64,000 nt of DNA, taken from NCBI GenBank assembly GCA_046075565.1, contig JBJTQJ010000119.1:41377-105376 (forward strand). The letters run 5' to 3'. Shown piece after piece: positions 39,561-49,002 of this stretch (positions within the stretch are counted from its first letter, which is position 1; every line of letters starts with the position of its first letter). The position numbers and the translations under genes were made by a program. The notes under the pieces are model-generated. The model saw nothing but the letters and a program-made list of their open reading frames with translations. It did not search any database and was not told where the DNA came from. This DNA is from Verrucomicrobiales bacterium. GTDB lineage: Bacteria > Verrucomicrobiota > Verrucomicrobiia > Verrucomicrobiales > SLCJ01.

Positions 39561-40066
39561 GCAAGCGCCCTTGGATCCTCGCGCCGTGGTTTCTGCCCTC
39601 TGTATCGGCTGTGCTCACCTTCGGGCTGGCCGCGTTGTGCTTCTGGCAATGGCAGAAGGAGTCCGGTTTGAACAACGAGCTTCGGCAAACCAAGGACGCG
39701 CTGGCCCGCGCTGAAGCACGGGCGAACGCCGAGACGACGAGGGCCGATGCGGCGACAGCGCGCCAACTGGAAGCACTCGCTCGCGCCGAGGATATGACGC
39801 GGGTCTGGTCGGCGGAACGCGGTGAGTTGGAAAGACTGCGCCGGATCGCTGCGGAACGCGACGCCCTCGCCGCCGCGTTCGAAGAGGCCAAGGCACGCAT
39901 TCGCCTGGCGAACGAAAACATCAATAAGGCGAACATCGGCGCCCGCGCGTCCGCCGAAAGTATCACACGTCTTACCGCCGAACGGGACGATCTCGCCCGC
40001 CGGCTGAACGAACGCACCGAGGCCTACAACGCCCTTGTGAAACGTGTCGAAGCCGGCGAGCGATGA
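39557..40066 (+). CDS. membrane-anchored coiled-coil protein
   Basis: GTGA overlap with exbD; single TM followed by an A/E/R-rich heptad region. Confidence 0.7.
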   Translation: MSKRPWILAPWFLPSVSAVLTFGLAALCFWQWQKESGLNNELRQTKDALARAEARANAETTRADAATARQLEALARAEDMTRVWSAERGELERLRRIAAERDALAAAFEEAKARIRLANENINKANIGARASAESITRLTAERDDLARRLNERTEAYNALVKRVEAGER

Positions 40067-40151
40067 GTGGTTGTCATCAAACGTCCACCGGGACATTCCT
40101 GTCCATCTCCGCTTGAAACCCGGCGGGGAAACCCTGACAATTCCCCGCACG

Positions 40152-40907
40152 ATGGCCACGCAACTCCAGTCGCATGCCTACTTTGATCTCGATGGCACCC
40201 TTTTGCCGTGGGACACGCAATTGTTGTTCTGCAACCACATGATCCGCCGGCAGCGCTGGCGCATCGTGCTCTTGTTGCCGTTCTTTTTCCTCCTTCCGCT
40301 CGCGGCCTTGCGCATCGTGCGCAGCCGCGGCATGAAGCGGCTTTTCCTCTCTTACCTGACCGGCCTTTCACAAAAGCGCTTGCAGGAAGAAGCCGAAATC
40401 TTCTCGCGCGAAGTGGCACGGGAGATTGTCTGGCCCGAGATGCGGGAGGAAGTCGAGGCCCGCCGCCGTGAGGGTTGTTTGCTCGTCCTGAACACGGCCA
40501 GCCCGGGCTTTTACGCCGAGCCGATCGCGCGCGAACTCGGCTTCGACCGGTGCTTCGCCACCCGGGTGGTTGTGCCGGCGCGGTTTTCCTTTTTCCCCGC
40601 CATCGACGGACCAAATAACAAACGCGCCGCCAAAATCGACGCCATGCGGGCGGCGGGGTTGCTCATGCCGGACGACCCGATGCCCCGCCCCGGCTCGTGG
40701 GCCTACACCGACAGCCATGTCGATATCCCGCTGCTCGACGCGGCACAAACCGGGAGGCTCGTGCATCCGGCGGCGGACTTGGCTGCCCAGGCCGAGGACC
40801 GGGGCTGGAAAATCCTCCGCCCGATGCCCGGCGTGCCCCGACCAGTGTGGTGGGCGGCGGTTTTCCTCATGATGCTCGGACTCTGGAAAAAGCCCGCCCG
40901 GCCCTGA
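40152..40907 (+). CDS. HAD superfamily IB hydrolase
   Basis: FDLDGTL, TASP, K, AYTDSHVD.PLL. Confidence 0.88.
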   Translation: MATQLQSHAYFDLDGTLLPWDTQLLFCNHMIRRQRWRIVLLLPFFFLLPLAALRIVRSRGMKRLFLSYLTGLSQKRLQEEAEIFSREVAREIVWPEMREEVEARRREGCLLVLNTASPGFYAEPIARELGFDRCFATRVVVPARFSFFPAIDGPNNKRAAKIDAMRAAGLLMPDDPMPRPGSWAYTDSHVDIPLLDAAQTGRLVHPAADLAAQAEDRGWKILRPMPGVPRPVWWAAVFLMMLGLWKKPARP

Positions 40908-40965
40908 AAATCGGAGGAAAAGAGGCCGAATTCCCCCCGGATGGGGAGGAAAGGGTGATTTTTGC

Positions 40966-40994
40966 TTGCCAATCCGGCAAATCGGCCCTAGTTT
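40966..40994 (+). promoter_or_regulatory. sigma70-like promoter of the RRM gene
   Basis: TTGCCA-17 bp-TAGTTT; implies a 5' leader of about 150 nt. Confidence 0.6.
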
Positions 40995-41150
40995 GACTTC
41001 TGTAGCTGATCACAAAGTCTGGTCCGGAGGTCTCCGGGCCCGTTGAACTCCCCGAAAGTCATAACCATTGATTGCCCGGCCAAGAACCACCAACGCTGAT
41101 ACCGCGTGGCTGCTGCGTTAACCCGAATCGAACCTGAGAGAGAATAAAGT

Positions 41151-41612
41151 ATGAAACTGTTTGTCGGCAATTTGCCGTTTTCCGCCAACGAGGCGGAAGT
41201 CCGTGCCCTATTTGAAACCTACAGTCCGGTGGTGGATTTTTACCTGCCCCTGGACCGTGCCACCGGCAGGCCCCGCGGCTTTGCCTTCGTGACGCTCAAC
41301 AGCCGTGAGGCCGGCAATGCGGCCATCGAAGGTCTGAATGGCAGCGATTTTGGCGGCCGCCCCCTTCGTATCAACGAAGCGGTCGAGCGCCAGTTCACCC
41401 CCGGCGGTGGAGGCGGTGGTGACCGCGGTCCGCGCGGCGGCGGCGGTGGCGGCTATCGTGGTGACCGTGGCCCTCGTGGCGGCGGCGGCGGCGGATACCG
41501 CGGCGACCGTGGCGACCGTGGTGGTGACCGTGGCGGCTACCGTGACGGTGGCGACCGTGGTTATCGCGGCGGCGGCGGCGGCGGCTATCGTGGCGGTGGC
41601 GACGAATATTGA
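41151..41612 (+). CDS. RRM RNA-binding protein with RGG/Gly-rich tail
   Basis: RNP2 LFVGNL, RNP1 RGFAFV, GR.LRINEA; GGGGYRG / GDRG repeats. Confidence 0.95.
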   Translation: MKLFVGNLPFSANEAEVRALFETYSPVVDFYLPLDRATGRPRGFAFVTLNSREAGNAAIEGLNGSDFGGRPLRINEAVERQFTPGGGGGGDRGPRGGGGGGYRGDRGPRGGGGGGYRGDRGDRGGDRGGYRDGGDRGYRGGGGGGYRGGGDEY

Positions 41613-41643
41613 TTCGCCCAACCCGAACCAACCCAATTCTTCG

Positions 41644-41679
41644 ACCACGGGTCCGTTCCATCGGGCCCGTGGTTTTTTT
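41644..41679 (+). terminator. intrinsic terminator
   Basis: ACCACGGGTCCG-loop-CGGGCCCGTGGT followed by a T run. Confidence 0.85.
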
Positions 41680-41690
41680 ATCCTAGAAAC

Positions 41691-41816
41691 CACGAATGAA
41701 CACGAATTTACACGAATAAGAAATTGGAAATCGGAGATCTATCTAAGGAGCCTCACTCATCCGCAGCATGATGTGGGGTTCTGTTATAACTCACTGAAAA
41801 TTCGTGCCCATTTGTG
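41691..41816. repeat. CACGAAT 10-bp-period repeats with inverted counterparts
   Basis: CACGAATGAA CACGAATTTA CACGAAT (41691-41717); ATTCGTG and ATTTGTG (41800-41816). Confidence 0.65.
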
Positions 41817-41883
41817 TCAATGACAAGGCCCTGGCTTCGCCATCGTCGTTCCATTTTCCTTGCTCAGTTCATCGATTGTTACC

Positions 41884-42831
41884 TCACTTCGGCCACTTCA
41901 AGAGGGTGTAGCCGATAAAGCTGGCAAAAAGCACCGCACCTTCCCAGCGCACGAGACGGTTGCCGGTGACAAGGAGCGGCACAAGAGCCGCGGAGAGGCC
42001 GAGCATGACCCAGAGATCGACGGAGGCGATGCCGGGAGCGGAGAAGGGGGTGAAAGTGCCCGAGATCCCCATGATGGCCAGCACGTTGAAGATGTTCGAG
42101 CCGACAATGTTGCCGATGGCGATATCGGCCTCCTTCTTGATGGCGGCAACAACCGAAGTGGCCAGTTCCGGCATACTCGTGCCCGCGGCGATGATGGTGA
42201 GGCCGATGACCGCCTCGCTCACGCCCAGTCCCCGCGCCAGGGCGACGGCATTGTCCACTAACAAGCGCGAGCCACCCACGAGCATGGCCAGTCCACCGAG
42301 GATGAGCAGGGCATCGACCCACGGGCTTTTCGTGCGTTGCGGCATGCCTTCTTCGTATTCGGCATCAATGGCCGGCGTATGCTGTTTTCGCGAGGCTATC
42401 ACATTGAAGATCACGTAGGCGATGATGCCGGCGAAAAGCAAAATCCCTTCCCACTGCTCGATCCGGCGATCCCAGAATACCCCGACCAGAATGCCGGCGG
42501 TGACCAGCATGATGGGTGCGTCGAATTTAAGCAACTGCAATTGCACGCGCATGGGAGAGATCATCGCCGCGAGCCCGAGGATGACCGCGATATTGAAGAT
42601 GTTCGAGCCAATGACATTACCCGCCGCGATATCGCCCTGGCCCACAGATGCGGCTTTCAAGCTGACGACCATTTCCGGGGCACTCGTGCCGAACGCCACC
42701 ACCGTGAGACCGACGACGAGAGGAGTGACCCCGAAGCGCAGGGCCACCGAACCAGCCCCGCGAACGAGAAAATCCGCTCCGAAAGTGAGAATGAGAAGAC
42801 CGAGGACGATGAGGGAAATTTGAAGAGTCAT
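41884..42831 (-). CDS. calcium/sodium antiporter (CaCA, YrbG-like)
   Basis: Two alpha repeats GLT.VA.GTS.PE and GN..GSNIFN; start may be 42867. Confidence 0.93.
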   Translation of the reverse strand: MTLQISLIVLGLLILTFGADFLVRGAGSVALRFGVTPLVVGLTVVAFGTSAPEMVVSLKAASVGQGDIAAGNVIGSNIFNIAVILGLAAMISPMRVQLQLLKFDAPIMLVTAGILVGVFWDRRIEQWEGILLFAGIIAYVIFNVIASRKQHTPAIDAEYEEGMPQRTKSPWVDALLILGGLAMLVGGSRLLVDNAVALARGLGVSEAVIGLTIIAAGTSMPELATSVVAAIKKEADIAIGNIVGSNIFNVLAIMGISGTFTPFSAPGIASVDLWVMLGLSAALVPLLVTGNRLVRWEGAVLFASFIGYTLLKWPK

Positions 42832-43056
42832 GGGAAGCGGAGGGCGGTTGATTGGAGTCGGATTCATAGCCCAAAAGGAACGAACCCGCAAGCGGCATGA
42901 GAGCGAGCAGGCATGGCAGGGACAAAGCGGGCATCACGGTGCGCATGGAAAGGGTGATCCGGGCCGTCCCCCGATTTTTAGGAGTATCGGGTCGTAAAAA
43001 TGGGGCGGGCCTGACAGTTCAGGCCTGCGGATTCCGTAGGTTGGGCGACACATCTC

Positions 43057-45281
43057 ATGAGAACGATTGCCCCGCTCCTTTGTCTGTTCCCTGTTGGTTG
43101 CTTGATGGGAACGGAAATCCATGTTGCCAAATCGGGGAATGATGAAAATCCGGGCACCGGGCTGCGCCCTTTGCTGACCATTTCTGCGGCGGCGCGCTTG
43201 GCCCAACCGGGAGACACGGTGATCGTCCACGCTGGCGTCTATCGGGAAAACGTTGATCCCCCGCGTGGTGGCGAATCGGAAACGCGGCGTATCACATACC
43301 GGGCGGCATCCGGGCCGAAGGTGGTGATCACCGGCTCCGAGAGCGCGCGAGGCTGGACCCGGGTCTCGGGGAATACCTGGAAGCTGGTGGTCCCGAACCA
43401 GACCTTCGGGAATTTTAATCCCTATGTGGGTCGAATCCATGGAGACTGGTTCAAACCCATGGGCCGTGTGCACCACACCGGCTGCGTGTATTTGGAAGAC
43501 GATTGGCTGCCGGAAGCACCCGATTTGGCTTCGGTCATGGAGCCCGGCGACGGATCCCCGCAGTGGTTTGCCACTGTCGATGGCGACCATGGCCGAGACC
43601 TGGTCAATCTGGCGTGGTTCCAAGTTGGCCCGGGGAGCAGGGTATCGGCCGGAGAGCCATCTTTCCGTTATGGAACCAAGCCGCTGGTTCTTCCCGAGGG
43701 TGGCAAGGGAGCGGGAAAGATCCTCAACGGTCATTGGATGCGCTTTGACGGCGTCGACTTCGGAGCAGGTGTGGACCGCATGGAGTTCCAGGCAGCCGCA
43801 GGGGAGGGGGCGACGGTGATTGAGATACGGCTTGGACATCCGGAGGGCGCATTGCTCGGGCGATGTGAGGTCGCGGGCACCGGGGGATGGGATCATTGGC
43901 AGACCTTCCATGCCCCGATCAAGCCGACCAAAGAAAAAAATCTCTGCCTGTTTTTCAAGACCCCCGAGTTGGATGGCGGCAAGACGACAATCCACGCGCG
44001 GTTTCCCGGTGAGGTGGACCCGAATCGGGCCGCTGTCGAGATCAACTGCCGTCAAACCGTCTTTTATCCATCGCGCAATTTCATCAACTATATTACCGTG
44101 TCCGGTTTCACGCTCGAGAGGGCGGCGACCAATTGGGCCCCGCCATCCTCCGAACAGAAGGCGATCATCGGAACGAATTGGAGCAAAGGCTGGATCATCG
44201 AGCACAACACCGTGCGCCATTCCATTTGTTCCGGGATTTCCCTCGGAAAATATGGCGACGGATACGACAACACCAACGACCAGGGCGACGCCGATCCCTA
44301 CACGGCCTGCGTGAAGCGCGCTCTGGCGAACGGATGGAACAAGGCGACCGTCGGATCCCATATCGTGCGGAACAACCGCATCTCGCACTGCGAGCAGACC
44401 GGTATCGTCGGCAGCATGGGCGCGGCCTTCAGCACCATCCGCGGCAACGAGATCCATCATATCCATGTGCGGAAACATTTTTCCGGAGCCGAACGCGCGG
44501 GCATCAAATTCCACGGCGCGGTGGACACGATTCTCGAGGGCAACCACATTCACCACGTTGATGGCGCGGCAGGAATCTGGCTGGACTGGATGACCCAGGG
44601 CACGCGCGTGACCGGCAATCTCATGCATGACAATGGTGAACGCGGCGACCTCTGGCTGGAGGTGAACCACGGACCCTATCTTGTGGACAACATCCTTCTG
44701 CTTTCAGGTTTGATTACTCACCAGTCGCACGGCGGGGCCTTCGCCCATAATCTGCTGGCGAGGTTCGTCTCCAGCCCAAGGATCAGAGGAAGACGCCATT
44801 TCTCAAGGCCAACTCGACGGAAATCGCCGGTGTTGAGATGGTTCCCGATGGAGATGATCAGTTTTACAACAACATCTTCTCGACGGGGGGATTGTCCGGG
44901 TATGACCGTTGTCCGCCCGCTTCGATGCGGGCCGAAGCCAACCTTTATCTCGAAGGGGCGAAACCACCGAAACACGAACTCGCTCCCGCCATCGGCACCT
45001 CCCCCACGGGGATGCGGCTGGAAGAAGCCCCCGATGGGTTTCATCTGCACTTCACCCTTCCGGCCTTGCCGGAGGGATTCGCCAGCCGCGAGGTAAACAC
45101 CGGGTTGCTCGGTCGTCCGCTGCTGGTCAACGAACCCTTCACCGATCCGGAGGCCCGGCCGATTGCGCTCGACACCGACTACTTCGGCAAGCTCCGGGGC
45201 AACGGAACTGCCTATCCAGGGCCATTCTCCGGAGCGGTTCCGGGAGACCATCGAATCAAGGTGTGGCCCAAGGGCGAATAG
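43057..45281 (+). pseudogene. GH120-like beta-xylosidase with CBM6-like insertion, frameshifted near 44750-44760
   Basis: [47 protein letters not shown] as in GH120 XylC; the C-terminus continues in the -1 frame ([15 protein letters not shown]...[10 protein letters not shown]) to 45281. Confidence 0.75.
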
Positions 45282-45398
45282 GAAAGATGGCCGGGAGTTC
45301 GCGGCACCGGGGGTTCTGGGCGACTCCGCTCCAAAAAGAAAGGACTGACAATCAGCCCGATAACGGCTATTGTATCTATCACCTTGGTCGAGAGGAAA

Positions 45399-48300
45399 AT
45401 GTCACAAAGCAACTTCATGCGCCGTCCACGGGTCCCGCTGCGGGGCCTTTGGTTGGCTTGCGGTGTGGCTGGCGTGATGACTTGCCGGGCCGAACCGCCC
45501 CCTCTCACCTTTCTGTCGGACTCAATCGTTGATGACAAGGCTCTCGTCACTCCGGTCGGCACGACTTTCGCCGGCGCGATGAACGGAACCTCATTCCAGA
45601 ACGACATCCTCGTCAGTCATAATGGCTGGCAGTATACCGCGTGGTATGACACCGTCGGCACCGATCAGAATGTTTGGCTCGCGAGGCGCAGCATCCTTGG
45701 CCCTGATTCCGGCACATGGGAAAAATTCGACACTGGCTCTGATCAGATCAACGGGGACGAGAGTGCGTGGGATGTTCACAACACCATCTCGCTCGGCATT
45801 TCGAAGGCCGATGGAATCCTGCACATGGCTTGGGACCACCATGTCCACAATCTGCGTTACCGGCGCAGTCTGCCCGGTCTTACCACCTACGCGGACTCGG
45901 CCTGGAACGGCTCCAGCATCCTTGCCGAACAAAACTGGCTCACTTCCTCCGGCAGCGTGCTCGCCAGCGTGACCTACCCGATGTTCATTTTCACGCCGGA
46001 AGACACACTGTTGTTCAACTACCGCACCGGAGGTTCCAACAACGGCTCCAACTGGCTGGCGGCCTGGCAACCGGCCTCCGCGAATTACAGTGCACCCATT
46101 CTGGTGACCATCAAGGACGGGACCTACACCGGCCTGTCCAACAACGGCGGCAATTTCACTTCCAACAGTCGCAACGCTTATGCCAACGGCTTTGATTTCG
46201 GGCCCGATGGCAAACTGCATTACACCTGGATCTGGAGGGAAAGTGTGGTCGCGTCCAATCACGATGTATGTTACGCCTACAGCCCGGACCGCGGGGTGAA
46301 ATGGTATAACAGCTCGGGCACACTCATCGCGGACACTTCTCTCGGCCAGCGGATCCGGGTGGATACGCCCGGCACGGTTGTCGTGCCGCTGGATTGCCGC
46401 CAGCAACTCATCAATCAGCAGACCCAGTGCGTCGATGATCAGGGCCGCGTGCATGTTTTGGTCCGTCACCGCCGCCAGGAACCCGGCTTTGAATGGACGC
46501 TCGGCGACGGTGCTTTCAGCGGCCCGGATACCGCATACTTCCACTATTTCCGCAATCCGGTCACCGGTGCTTGGACCGGATCGCGTCTTCCCGTGACCCA
46601 TGCCGCGTCGTCGAGGCCGGATGTGGAAACGCTATCAAATGGAGATGTCTATACGATCTTCCGATCCGGCGGCCGTCTGATCGTTGCCGCCGCCACAGCG
46701 GCCGCGAATTATACCGACTGGACCATCCTCACGGACTACGGATCCGATTTCGCGGGCGAGCCGCGACTTGATCATTCGAGGTTGCGCAAGTCGGGTGTGC
46801 TATCGGTTTTTGTTTCTGAAGATGCTCCGGCCTCATCGCTGCCCACCCCTGTTCCATTGCACGTGATCGACTTCGCCACGGCTCCAGTCTTCGAGGTCCA
46901 CGCCGGCCAGGACCAGCGGATGACCGATGAGGATGGAGATGGATTGCATGAGGTGTTTCTCACGGCATCGGTCGGGGCGAGCACGGGGATCGGGGTCCAG
47001 TCGCGCCGGTGGCTCAAGAATGGGAATGTGCTTTCCACCCAAGCCGCCCTTACCATCGAATTGCCCGTCGGCTCCCACACCCTCGTCCACGAGGCGACCT
47101 CGGATGGCGGATTGGTCTCGGCGGACAGTGTGCTGGTTACCGTGGAGGAGGGCGTGCTCCCGCCGTTCTTCACCGTCACTGCTTCCGCCAACGACGGGAA
47201 TCTTCCTCAAAACACCCTCGACGGTAATCTTGGAACCCGCTGGTCGGCACAGGGCCCCGGCCAGTTCATCACTTGGGAGTTCGCGCGGATGAAACTGGTC
47301 CGCTCGGTTTCCATTGCATTCTATAATGGCGACCTGCGGACGGCCTCATTTGATCTCCTCACATCAGCCGATGGCATCACGTGGAAACCGGCCCTAACCG
47401 GCCTAACAAGCTCGGGAACCACCACCGCCTTGCAAACTTTCGACATTCCCGACACGAGCGCCCGCTTCATCCGCTATGTGGGTTACGGTAACTCGGTGAG
47501 CAACTGGAACAGCCTGACCGAGGTTGCTTTCGAATTGGCACCATCCCAGCCTTATATGCCGGACGCCCATACCCTCCAGCTCTGGCATCTGGATGAAGCC
47601 GCGCCGCCGTTTGCGAATGCGGCAAATCCAGCCCATCCACTGGCAGGTCTGCACAATGGTGCGCTTGCCTCACGGCCTGCCCCGATGGGTTTTGGATCAT
47701 CCGTCAATTTCAATACCGGCACCGGCACCGACCGCGGCATCCTCACCTACGCATCCACGCTCAGCGCCTCGGTCGCGCCCGAAACTCCGCCCACCTTCGC
47801 CTACCACGGTGCCGATGGCGCGTTCACCCTCGAGGCGCTCGTGCGCTTCGATACCCTTCCCGGAAGCTGGACTTCGGAAGGTCAGATCGTCGCCATGGAG
47901 GGCGACGGCACCGGCACCCAGGACCGCGTGTTCCAGTTCAGAGTTGAGCCATCGGGCGGTTCGCCCATCCTGAAGTTCATCAAGGTAGCGGATTTCACGC
48001 AATCAGTTGCCGCACCCATTCCCATGGATGGCACCCATGCGGTCAACACCACTGACTGGTTCCATGTGGCGGTGGCCTATAACGGCAATGCAGGCGCACC
48101 GGACAACACCCGATTCTATTGGACGCGCCTCGCACCGGGAGTGGAGAGAGCGCATTTCGTCGGATCTGGCACCCTGACGGCGGAGTTCAATTTCTCCACC
48201 ATGCAAGGCGATTTCTCCATCGGCAACGAGGCCCGGAGCACCGGCGGCAGTTCCGGGGCATTTATCGGCTCCATCGATGAAGTCCGCATCAGCTCCATCG

Positions 48301-48683
48301 CGCGTGAGCCGGACGACTTCCTCTTCTCCGATGATACCGACCGGGATTCCTTGCCCGACACATGGGAAGTCCTGCGCTTCGGCAATGTAGCGAAGGGGCC
48401 AGCAGATGACTACGATGGAGACGGAAGTAACAACCGTGTTGAGTTCCTTCTGGGCCTCAATCCTGTCGATGGCTCATCAGCTTTCCGTGCGACGATCCAG
48501 CCCAGCGGTGCAAATTTCACCATCACTTGGCCCACCGCTCCCGGTCTGACCTTCCGGGTCGAGCGCTCCACCACGCTTCTCGACCCTTGGACCGATCTCG
48601 CGACCCTGCAGGCCGGCACTTTTACCGATACCAATCCGCCTCCCGAACGGGCGTTCTACCGGGTGCGGTTGTTGACACCCTGA
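45399..48683 (+). CDS. secreted multidomain protein: BNR_4 propeller, Ig/PKD-like, F5/8C (CBM32-like), LamG-like, surface-protein C-terminal domain
   Basis: D.HN.ISLG, H.AWDHH, TYP.F, R.AY.NG; P.NTLDG...TRWSA...WNS.TEV; WFHVAV, F.G.IDEVRIS; D.D.D.LPD.WE, terminal RAFYRVR. Confidence 0.85.
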   Translation: MSQSNFMRRPRVPLRGLWLACGVAGVMTCRAEPPPLTFLSDSIVDDKALVTPVGTTFAGAMNGTSFQNDILVSHNGWQYTAWYDTVGTDQNVWLARRSILGPDSGTWEKFDTGSDQINGDESAWDVHNTISLGISKADGILHMAWDHHVHNLRYRRSLPGLTTYADSAWNGSSILAEQNWLTSSGSVLASVTYPMFIFTPEDTLLFNYRTGGSNNGSNWLAAWQPASANYSAPILVTIKDGTYTGLSNNGGNFTSNSRNAYANGFDFGPDGKLHYTWIWRESVVASNHDVCYAYSPDRGVKWYNSSGTLIADTSLGQRIRVDTPGTVVVPLDCRQQLINQQTQCVDDQGRVHVLVRHRRQEPGFEWTLGDGAFSGPDTAYFHYFRNPVTGAWTGSRLPVTHAASSRPDVETLSNGDVYTIFRSGGRLIVAAATAAANYTDWTILTDYGSDFAGEPRLDHSRLRKSGVLSVFVSEDAPASSLPTPVPLHVIDFATAPVFEVHAGQDQRMTDEDGDGLHEVFLTASVGASTGIGVQSRRWLKNGNVLSTQAALTIELPVGSHTLVHEATSDGGLVSADSVLVTVEEGVLPPFFTVTASANDGNLPQNTLDGNLGTRWSAQGPGQFITWEFARMKLVRSVSIAFYNGDLRTASFDLLTSADGITWKPALTGLTSSGTTTALQTFDIPDTSARFIRYVGYGNSVSNWNSLTEVAFELAPSQPYMPDAHTLQLWHLDEAAPPFANAANPAHPLAGLHNGALASRPAPMGFGSSVNFNTGTGTDRGILTYASTLSASVAPETPPTFAYHGADGAFTLEALVRFDTLPGSWTSEGQIVAMEGDGTGTQDRVFQFRVEPSGGSPILKFIKVADFTQSVAAPIPMDGTHAVNTTDWFHVAVAYNGNAGAPDNTRFYWTRLAPGVERAHFVGSGTLTAEFNFSTMQGDFSIGNEARSTGGSSGAFIGSIDEVRISSIAREPDDFLFSDDTDRDSLPDTWEVLRFGNVAKGPADDYDGDGSNNRVEFLLGLNPVDGSSAFRATIQPSGANFTITWPTAPGLTFRVERSTTLLDPWTDLATLQAGTFTDTNPPPERAFYRVRLLTP

Positions 48684-49002
48684 GTCCCACTTCGCTTCCA
48701 GGGCGAGACAAACGGACTTAGCCGATGCGAGATGGGATACTGCGCTTGCCCGGATGGTGAATCTGCAAACCAATCATCGAGAAACAAAGAGGAAGCCCGG
48801 CTGGCAAATCTTCGAAGGAAACCCCCTAAACCTTCGAAAATTGCTCCCAACCGGGCTTTCTACCGTGTCCGCATCGCGGCCACATGCCCATACTAAGCAT
48901 TCAGGACGTTAGCGCAAGGGAATTTTTGTAATTTTTTACCTACAGGTCGGAAATTCGTCTCCGGCGGGCCAAAATGATCCAAAAGACGGGCCGGCGGCTG
49001 GA

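Noticed and set aside
41400..41600. GGC-rich tandem DNA repeats
   Set aside because: Fully explained by the coding Gly/Arg-rich tail
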